Source: Octopus vulgaris
Lineage: Eukaryota
Assembly: GCA_951406725.2 (NCBI GenBank)
Contig: OX597822.1
Span: forward strand, 17,670,001-17,734,000
Length of the DNA stretch: 64,000 nt
Direction of reading: 5' to 3'
A model generated the notes under the pieces. The model saw nothing but the letters and a program-made list of their open reading frames with translations, made no database searches and had not been told where the DNA came from. Shown piece by piece: positions 54,501 to 64,000 of this stretch (position 1 is its first letter; each line of letters opens with the position of its first letter). The translations under genes were made by a program, and so were the position numbers.

Positions 54501-55559
54501 TCTAAAGACATGGAAATAAAAAAGGCAGAGAGGAAGAGAAGATGTACACAAAGTCATTGCTCTATGTACTTGGTCTTGTGAAATTAGGCCTTATAAAGTC
54601 TTTCATCGGATTGGACTACGAGGAAGTCAGCTGACCAGTTTTGTTATCACTTGTTAAAATCTTCTTGTTTCTCCTCTCCAAGATGTCAAACCTAAATAAA
54701 ACTTATTGACATGTAGACAAGCATGCTTTCTAGGTTCACTAACTCATTGATGTAGTGGTTCAAGGTTAACAGGAAGTAATTATTAAAACACCAATACAAT
54801 GCAAGTCATGAATTCATATATGAAGTCTTGGTTGTAATGTGAAATTAGGTCCCTTTAGCAGTTAAAATTGTGAATGGAGAAATATGTGAACTGGCCATAA
54901 TGTGTCACAGTATACAAGATTGCTTTATCATTGATTAATCTTTACCTAATCATCTGGTATCCTCTTGATTTGGTGATTGATATTTCCAATATTACAATTA
55001 TAGAATAAATTTGACTTTCTACATAATTTTCGAAACCTTTGAAAATATATATTTGACATAAATATTTAACAAGGATTTCCTGAATTCCATTTAGTTTGGA
55101 TAAATCTCCTTTGTATATACGCTTTATTAGAATGCATATAATTGATTTTCTGGCAAGCGGGGTGGGGGTTATTTTGACATTGTTTTTTAAAAACTTTGTG
55201 TCATTCATTTCCTTTGAAATAGTCAGCATTTTAATAATGAATCAAATGATGTGAGATTTTGTAAATGTCTTTTTTGGATCAAGTCTGGTACTTACTCTAT
55301 CAGTCTCTTTTTGCAAGTAATGGGGGTTGTAAACAAAATAACACCAGTCAAGTGATGATGGTGGGCAATGCAAACACATTGTTAACTTCATGAGAATTTC
55401 GTATTGAGAGAACATTATGATGATTATTTTTTTGGAACTTTGTATCTCGAAGCACATCACATAAAGCTATAAATAACAGCATGTATATATTTGGTTGAAA
55501 ACCCCTTTATCATGAAAGTTCTTCCTTGTTATTATTGTTATTATTAATTATTATTATTC

Positions 55560-56372
55560 ACCTTTACGTTCTAAGTTCAAATTCCGCTGAGGTCGACTTT
55601 GCCTTTCATCCTTTTGGGGTCGATAAGTTAAGTACCAGTGAAACACTGGGGTTGATGTAATTGACTTATCCTCTCCTCAAACATGGCTGTCCTTGTGGCA
55701 AAATTTGAAACCATTATTATTATTATTATTAATTATTTGTTTCTGATTTAGGGATTTGACCAGCAATTAGGTTGGAATGTGTTAGTCAATGCCACCAGTC
55801 CCAGTACATGACTGGTACTTTATTTTATCAATCCTGAAGGGAGGAATGGCAAAGTTAATCTTGGCGAAATTTGAACTCAGAACATAGTGATGGGCAAAAT
55901 ACTGCTAAGCATTCCATCCAGCACGCTAACAATTCCACCAACTTGCTGCCTTAATAATAATCCTTTCTACTAAAGGCACAAGCCCTGAAATTTTAGAGGA
56001 GGGAGGCAGTTGATTACATCAACCTCGAAAGGATGAAAAGCAAAGTCAGTCTCAGTGGAATTTGAACTCACAGCGTAAAGACAGACAAAATGCCACTAAG
56101 CATTTTTCCTGGTGTGCTAACAGCTCGCCACCTTAATAATAATAATAACAATAATAACCCTTTCTGCTACAGGCACGAAGCCTGAAATTAGTAGGTGGGA
56201 TTAAGTGAATTCTATTAACCCCAGTCCTCCACTGGTACTAATTTTATCAAGCTTGCAAAGGATGAAAGGCAAAGATGATTTTGGTAGAATTTGATCTCAA
56301 AATGCAAAACTGGAAGAAATGCTGCTAGGTGTTTTGTCCAGATTGCTAATAATTCTACCAGTTCATTGCCTT
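55560..56372. mobile_element. Cluster of four copies of a third tRNA-derived SINE family (one plus, three minus)
   Basis: Plus copy gttcaaattccgctgaggtcgactttgcctttcatcc (55560-55715) followed by three reverse copies (...aaaggcaaag...aatttgaactcag...gcctt), separated by (TAA)n. Confidence 0.8.
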
Positions 56373-57393
56373 GATGACGATGATGACGACAACAATGATT
56401 ATATTCTCCAAGAGAATGTGTATTGATCCACTTAATACTTCAAGATCTCAACTTAAGCACTAACACTATGGACTTTTGAGATTCCATAAATAATTAGCTT
56501 TTAATGAAATATTTGTAAACTTGTGTTGGTTTCTCAAGAGTTTTTCTGAATCCCTGCATCACTCTGCTACCTTTATAAAACCAAATTCTCAATATTTTTT
56601 TTGTTTTTTTCTTTCTGAATGTAACCCATTTCAGTTTTTTTCTTGGTTACTTAGGGAAAATTATGATCAATGCCCCATTACTACCCTGTTTTTATAAAAA
56701 TCTGTGGTATTTTGTTTAGATAAAAGTAATCAATACTTGAACATTTATTAGCTGCAGCAACTCATTGATTTTAGAGAATGATTTTCAGAACATCGTGTAT
56801 TTCTGGAATATAGTGTAGAATGCAACATAAATTCTTTGGTGTTTAATAATCAGGTGGAAGAGGAGGTGCCATGGGTAATGGTAAGAGGAGATCAGCAGAG
56901 GGAATAATATTGTAATGTTTAATTTTTAAAAATTTTCTTATCTTTTAAGGTTAACGGGTGGTGATTCCATCAGCCGTGCACCCCCACTTCCTTTTAATTG
57001 TTGCTCTGTGCAAATATAAGAAATCCGATATAGAATATTATATTTCATGTTACTCACCCAAACATACATGCTCTCATCATCATCATAAAAAATGATCTTT
57101 TATCTTTTACTTGTGTCAGTCATTGGACTGTGGCCATGCTGGAGCACTACCTTGAAGGGTTTTAGCTAAACAAATCAATCCCAGTACTTATTTTTTAAGT
57201 TTGCTATTTATGAGGAGTTTTTTTTTTTTGTCATGAACAAGTGAATTTTGGAAGTGGGGCCTTGCAAGTCTACCAGATAGATGGAAGAGCATTGTAGAAA
57301 ATGAAGATAAGTATATTTTAGATTAAAAAAAGAACTTTATCTTAATTTTGAAAAATAAAAGAAGTATAAAAATACCATTTTATTTAAGGGAGG

Positions 57394-57440
<47 letters not shown>

Positions 57441-58203
57441 TTGACAAAGTTAAGAGACAGAAATGCATCTAACATTCTTGCCAGCCACTGGTTGGGTGAT
57501 TTCCACCTGCCTCCCATATAAATCATGTTGTTATACACTGCACATGTGCTAGAGATTTTATCTCCTGATGACTACTGCCATAAATTTAGCTTTCTCAATG
57601 TATTTACATTAAGTATGGTGCACAGATGGCTATTTTAATTTAATACTGTTTCTGTTGCATATAATGCGTGTGTCTTTATCTGTGCATCTTTTTTCTCTTG
57701 ATGTTGTTTGTGCTCTGCATAAAATTGGTGTTACCAACTACATACAACATCTTTGTGTTTACAATCTGCTGTGAAAATATGTTTGGCCATTGAGCTATTC
57801 ATTGCTCAGTGGAGTGGAGAAAATACTACATTATGTGGAAACAAGTAAAAGTTGAGAATAGTAAAGACATCTAACTGAAGAAAATCTGCCTCAGTCAGTT
57901 CTGTCTGATTGATGCTCCATTATAGAGGAGAAGGTTGCATGGGTCTGTTGAAGGCCCTACTGTGTACACCTTAATTCAAAGCCAGTTGATCAGACAAGTG
58001 AATCTTTACCAAATGATGAGCATCCAATAGCATCACATTGAGCTACATAATCCAGGCTATCTCTTATTTTTTTATTATGTTTTATGGAAAATAGGGTATG
58101 GTTTGGAGAAGATTTAGTTGTTATTTCTAGCTGCTTATAGAACCACATAGAGGCTGTCTCATTGGCTATTCTTACAAACAGTAAAGACAGTTGATATATG
58201 TAT

Positions 58204-58605
58204 TCTTTTACTTGTTTTAGTCATTTGACCTGCGGCCATGCTGGAGCACCACCTTAAGGGATGTTATCAACCCCATGACTTATTTTTTTATAAGCCTAGT
58301 ACTTATTCTATCGGTCTTTTTTGCTGAACCGCTAACTTACTGGGACATAAATACACTAGCATCAGTTGTCAAGCGATTGCAGGTGGTAGTGGTGGGGGAA
58401 GAAACACATGTACAGACACAAATATATACATTTATATATATATGACAGGCTTCTTTCCATTCCCGTCTACCAAATCCACTCACAAGGCTCTGGTTAGCCT
58501 GAGACTATAGTAGAAGACACTTGCCCAAGGTGCAACACAGTGAGATTGAACCCGGAACCATGTGGTTTGGAAGCAAGCTTCATACCACACAGCCACACCT
58601 GCACC
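58204..58605 (-). mobile_element. Full-length tRNA/CORE-like SINE
   Basis: Head-to-tail neighbour of 58707-59107; more diverged. Confidence 0.9.
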
Positions 58606-58609
58606 TGTG

Positions 58610-58644
<35 letters not shown>

Positions 58645-58706
58645 GTGTGTATATATGTGTGTGTGTATGTGTGCGTATGTGTATATATATATCTTTTCTC
58701 TTTTTC

Positions 58707-59107
58707 TCTTTTACTTGTTTCAGTCATTTGACTGCGGCCATGCTGGAGCACCGCCTTTTAGTCGAGCAAATCGACCCCGGGACTTATTCTTTGTAAGCCC
58801 AGTGCTTATTCTATCGGTCTCTTTTGCCGAACCGCTAAGTGACGGGGACGTAAACACACCAGCATCGGTTGTCAAGCAATGCTAGGGGAACAAACACAGA
58901 CACACAAACACACACACACATACATATATATATATACATATATACGACGGGCTTCTTTCAGTTTCCGTCTACCAAATCCACTCACAAGGCATTGGTCGGC
59001 CCGGGGCTATAGCAGAAGACACTTGCCCAAGATGCCACGCAGTAGGACTGAACCCGGAACCATGTGGTCGGTTAGCAAACTACTTACCACACAGCCACTT
59101 CTGCGCC
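58707..59107 (-). mobile_element. Full-length, young tRNA/CORE-like SINE
   Basis: Minus-strand head ggcgcagaagTGGCTGTGTGGtaag...GGTTCAGTCC, CORE-like cttgggcaagtg, internal (TA)(TG)n, CpGs intact, flanked by (TA)n. Confidence 0.93.
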
Positions 59108-59877
59108 TATATATATATATATATATATTTTTTTTTTTTTACTTATCCTGTGAATATTTCTTCATGCCACTACCACCATCATCATCATCATCATTTTAAA
59201 ACTACGAAATTTTTTAATGGCATCATGGTTTGTATAGTTTTACTGGTGTTCTTTGTTGTTTGTTTTGTTTTTTTTTTTGCTTTTGTTGTTTAAATTGTAG
59301 ATTTTCATCAGATTAAGCTGAATCATTTCCTCGCTGTACATAATTACTCACTTTGTGGTGTTGTATGTATTTCATAAAGCTGAATATAATTCTTGTGCAA
59401 ATGTGTTCAGATCATCTGAAACATTTCTTTAAAAACACTTTGAAATTGAGCAAAAATGTTTTCTCATTATCAAAAATAAAAAAAAAAAGAAAAGGAAAAT
59501 AAAGCAAATAAGTAAATAAATATTTAAAGTAAATAAATATATAAGAAAACCCAAAATATGCTGTAAAAATTCTCTGCCCACCCCCTCTTTTTTCAATATC
59601 TGAAGTGGCTGACAAGTATTATGTTTACTGTATAAACAAACATCAGCAAGTGTATATATTTGTATATATGTATATCTCCTGCTGGAGAGTTTATCTTTTA
59701 ACTAGTTTATATACATCTATACAAACCACGAAACCAATTCAAAGAAGAAATATATATATTTACATATCCTTATACACACACATATATGTACCCCTACAAA
59801 TATATACTTGTATATGTATGTGTGCATATATATGTGTGTGTAAACATATAATTCTAGATAGATCATTTCAAAAATAA

Positions 59878-59912
<35 letters not shown>

Positions 59913-60639
59913 AAGCGTATATATCTAGTAATAAGATAGCAAGTTCATTTCAAGAATGCTTGTCTCTTTCTCAATGGGGTGACAAAAATGGAGTTTGTTG
60001 CAACCCTTTGTCATATCTGCCACACCTTTGTTGAACTGTTCAAAAATGTATAAACATATCTCTGACAAGTCTCTACTGCTCTCCATTCCACACTGTTTTT
60101 TTTTCTTCTCTCTCTCCCTCTCCTTTAGCTGTCAAGCCTTTGGAATTCTCTTCAGTTCCTCTGCTAGCCTTCATGATTTCTCTCACAATACCTTTTTCCC
60201 TTAGCCTACAGCATAGCTGTCAGGTGTTAATTTCTATACTAAGTAGCAGAGGCATGAGAGGAACAAAGGGGTGGAGAGCAAAGAACCACCATTCTGTTTG
60301 TTCTCCTTTTCTCTCTCCTCATTTTTTTTTATTGTTTGTCCATGTGTTGTGTGTGTGTGTTTTTCTCTGCATTTGTGTAATTGTGTGTATCCTCTTGGGT
60401 ATGTAATTGCTCATGTGTGCTTGAAAGTTTGCACAAGTATATTTGTTTGTATATAGACACTTCCATACGCGTGTGTGTGTGTGTGTATATATACATGTGT
60501 GTACATTTTACATATCTTTGCGCTCTGTACGTGAAAGAAAAACAGACAGACAGAGATCAACTACACTATTTGTGAAAATACTTTGAATATTAGATGAATG
60601 CACTTGAAACTTATTTCTTTACATTTCTTTCATCTACAC

Positions 60640-60783
60640 ATTATTATTATTATTATTATCATTGTTGTTGTTGTTGTTGTTGTTATTATTATTATCATTG
60701 TTATCATTGTTGTTGTTATTATTATTATTATTATTGTTATCATTATTATTATCATTATTATTATTGTTGTTGTTGTTGTTATT
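60640..60783. repeat. Compound ATT/GTT/ATC trinucleotide microsatellite
   Basis: Alternating ATT and GTT blocks; source of the poly-I/V and poly-Y/C ORFs. Confidence 0.95.
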
Positions 60784-61419
60784 ACATTTATCAACAGCAC
60801 TATCTCAATGTATAGCTTTCCTGTTAAACGTCTGCTTCTAAAAATGGCGAATTACATTAATTGGTTACTGAATCTCAGCAAACGATGTGAGAGGTAATAT
60901 TAGCAATATTATCTACAGTTTGTGACAGGTTGAAATACTCCAAATGGTATTTATTACAAGATGCATTGTCCAGTTCCTCATTGAAATAATATGCAGACTC
61001 ATAGCTGTATAGTCTTGCTATGAAGTCAGGCTCTCAGGGAGCTTTTCCATCATTTGGACCAGGGGTTCTCAACTGGGGTCCTTATGACCTATAGAATCTA
61101 TATAAGATTCGGTTGTGAAAATTTATTTCCAATAAATTGGTTACACTTCTACAAAACACAAAATATTTTAAAACAATTCCTAATTATATTTCTCTCATTT
61201 AGGTCATCCCATAGGAGACCCCTTGGAGGCCCCTAATAATATTTAATTATAAAAATTCAATAAGATTTTTAAACATGGAATGGCTATGAGGGTGCACCCA
61301 AGTAAAATGGGAATCAAAATGAGTTGATAGGCAAAAAATGGTTGTGAGGTATCTAACAATTCTTCAGAATTTACTCACTTTTTCTTCTTCTTAAATTACC
61401 AATGATAGTAGTTTAAAGA

Positions 61420-61555
61420 TACTTCTTCCTAAGCAGCTGGTTTTGGGTTCAATCCCATTGCATTGGGCAAATGTTTTCTACTCTGACCCCAAACAAAGCC
61501 TTGTGAGTGGATTTAGTAGACAGAAACTAAAAGAAGCCTGTTGTATGTATGTGTA

Positions 61556-61614
<59 letters not shown>

Positions 61615-61809
61615 ATTTGGATATACCTGTGCCTTGACATGTGTTGGTTGTAAGTGAGCATCATTGTCATTCAAGCAGTGTGGTTTGTCTAGCCATAGGG
61701 AAATAGGTGAAGGTTAGTGATAGGAAGGGCATCCAACCATAATAAATCTGCCACAAAGTTTCATCTGACTCATGCAAGCATGGAAAAGTGGACGTTAAAT
61801 GATGATGAT
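61420..61809 (+). mobile_element. tRNA/CORE-like SINE ending in an RTE-type tail
   Basis: gggttcaatccc...ttgggcaaatg head, (TG)n, then aggaagggcatcca...catgcaagcatggaaaagtggacgttaaa-tgatgatgat. Confidence 0.8.
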
Positions 61810-61842
61810 AACTAAATGTTGATATTTGAATTTTCTTTATTA

Positions 61843-62045
61843 GATGATTCCATATCCCCCTGGATGACTCCATACCCACCACCAGGATGACTCCATATTC
61901 TCCTGGAGGACTCCTTATCCCCCTGGATTACTCCTTATCCCCCTGGATGACTCCATATTCTCTTGGATGACTCCATATCTCCCTGGATGACTCTATACCT
62001 CTCTGGATGACTCTATATTCTCCTAGATGACTCCATATTCCCCTG
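61843..62045. repeat. 20-bp minisatellite, ~10 copies
   Basis: Consensus ~GGATGACTCCATATTCCCCT repeated directly with no spacers. Confidence 0.92.
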
Positions 62046-62440
62046 ATCTTAGACATTGTTTATTTACCAAGCATGTTAGCCTTTTATTTCCCCTCTGACC
62101 CACCCCTTCACTGTTACACTTGTTTACTCACGGTCCGGTAAGTGAGCTTCTACATGAATGCTCAGTCTGCTAGAAATCTCTCCCCTTCATCCCTTGAATC
62201 ATGCTTTACCTACATTCTTTGAAAAGATTTTTGATAAGGTAAAAAAAGAATCCCAAAACGTGAAGTGATCAAGGTTTCTCTGTCTTTCCATCAAAAGTTT
62301 GTTGATCAGCACTGATTTTGTGCTAAATAACAACTCTAACTAATTGTCTGCCCATTAAATAGCTCCAGATATTAATTTCTCCCTTTTAATTCTAACTTTC
62401 TGTCACTCTGTATGCATGTATGTATGGTCCAAGCACTTAC

Positions 62441-62469
62441 CTCGTAGCAAGGTTGTGAAAGTGGTTTTC
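62441..62469 (-). other. Probable 29-nt micro-exon of the minus-strand gene (coding status unknown)
   Basis: ttttttctattttag|GAAAACCACTTTCACAACCTTGCTACGAG|gtaagt has a strong polypyrimidine acceptor and a consensus donor; it is open in all three frames. Confidence 0.6.
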
Positions 62470-63831
62470 CTAAAATAGAAAAAAGCTCCCACATAATCTT
62501 GTATGATGACAAGACTAGCCATTTATTATTGACGTGCATTGCCAGAGTCTGTAGACGTCTCTGACTCTGTATATGTTGTAGTATTTAACCCCAACCTTTT
62601 ACATTCTTCTGCATTAAAGTCCAATTGAGATCAACTTGGTCATTCATTCTTCTGACAGCAGGAAGACAGGTCAATAAAATATAGTATCAAGCAAGTAGGA
62701 CCGAAGATTTTGTGCTTTTGTACCAATGTGCAAAGCCAGTATTTTGTGATAAATATATTCATTGCACTGCATAGGTGTGTTAGTTCTGTACACATTTTTC
62801 TAACAAGAAAAATGTAACCAAAAACCAAAGGAAACGGAGTCTAAAACAATTGTCTAAAATATCACACACTCACCCAAGCGTTTCACAAAAATTATTTATT
62901 CTATTTTCTACAATTTCATATTGAATGGATGTTTGATTATCCTCCCAACAGGTACTTTTTTTTTTTTTTTCACATCAGAGAGAAAGAAGTAAAATGTTTC
63001 TAGAATTTTACTGGAAGATTTACTGTTAATACATTCTTTGGAAAATATTAACTTTATGAACTTGTAAATCCTCATAGAATGTATGCAGTTAGCTTGTATT
63101 TTCAACAGGAAAACTCTGCACATTACCAAAGTTTCTGTTCTAGAAGCATCACTGCACAGATGAATTTGACACCAGTATGTCTATTGATCTCCAGCAAATG
63201 CCCAGGGTGATTTCTCAGTAAAATACAGTATTTAGTTTTAAATAATAGGTTTAAAGTTGCAATAATATTAATACTTTGTGCTGGTTTTTCTGACTAGTTT
63301 TCTCTAGAGTTGATGTTAACAAAATACTAATAATGATAATAAATACACAAAAGTCTTTGGAAGAATTTTAGAAAAGCAGGTGTGTGTGTGTGTGTATGTG
63401 TGTGCGTGCGTGTGTGTGTGTGCATGTGTGTGTATGTGTGTATGTGTGCATGCATGTGTGTGTGCATGCGTGTGTACACAGTGTAAAATGAAAGAAAGAA
63501 AATTTTCTATTCAATGATTTATTTGATTTGTGAGTGAAAGAAAGAAGTGAGACTTATCAATGTAGAGTGTATCACTGTCTGTATATTTTTCTCTCTACCG
63601 ATTCTTGCTGGTATTTATCAGTTGATTTCTCCATTTGTTTATCTTAAGAATCCATCAGTGATTGTTATCTTCTTTCTTTGCTGCTGTTTGCTCATGAAAT
63701 GTTTTCGTTTCCTTTTGCTTATTCAGTAACTTTCATCTAATATTTAGTTGTATCGTACCTATCAAACTCTTCAATGTTTCTCCTGCTAAGTTACTACAAA
63801 AGAAAACAGCCACCACTTCACTAACTAACTA

Positions 63832-63924
<93 letters not shown>

Positions 63925-63927
63925 TTT

Positions 63928-64000
63928 GGAGACGCAATGGCCCAGTGGTTAGGGCAGCGGACTCGCGGTTGTAGGATCGCGGTTTCGATTTCCAGGCTGG
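63928..64000 (+). mobile_element. 5' head of a tRNA-derived SINE (cut by window end)
   Basis: A box TGGCCCAGTGG, B-box-like GGTTTCGATTTCC; follows (TA)n; related to 3784-4060. Confidence 0.75.

Noticed and set aside
60594-60897. Poly-Ile/Val and poly-Tyr/Cys ORFs
   Set aside because: These are translations of a trinucleotide microsatellite. The same applies to the many YIYI, CVCV and HTHT ORFs.
61843-62045. CRISPR-like array
   Set aside because: Contiguous 20-bp units with no unique spacers, no cas genes and a eukaryotic context; it is a minisatellite.
63928-64000. tRNA gene
   Set aside because: A and B boxes are present but there is no convincing acceptor stem, and related heads elsewhere continue into SINE bodies.

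Overview
AT-rich, microsatellite-dense animal DNA. The repeat repertoire (tRNA-derived SINEs, an RTE LINE with (GAT)n tails, TTAA MITEs) looks like coleoid cephalopod, probably Octopus; this is inferred from pattern, not from a search. Almost all six-frame ORFs are artefacts of repeats and microsatellites. Supportable content: (1) one near-full-length but disabled RTE-clade LINE on the minus strand (~19851-23588) with APE and RT domains, a C4HC3 PHD-like finger inserted inside the RT, a 3'-splice-acceptor-like 5' end, a hairpin-repeat 3'UTR, and about a dozen 5'-truncated copies; (2) several Penelope-like-element (PLE) remnants carrying minimal type I hammerhead-ribozyme motifs, including a 281-nt near-perfect palindrome with a 12-nt direct repeat on each side whose ribozyme core shows a G3:C8 swap; (3) several SINE and MITE families; (4) a few probable exons of a long-intron minus-strand gene (62441-62469, 40478-40554, 37607-37856) that would encode a protein with a type II membrane anchor. 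No rRNA, true tRNA gene or CRISPR array is supported. Boundaries of degenerate repeats are approximate.
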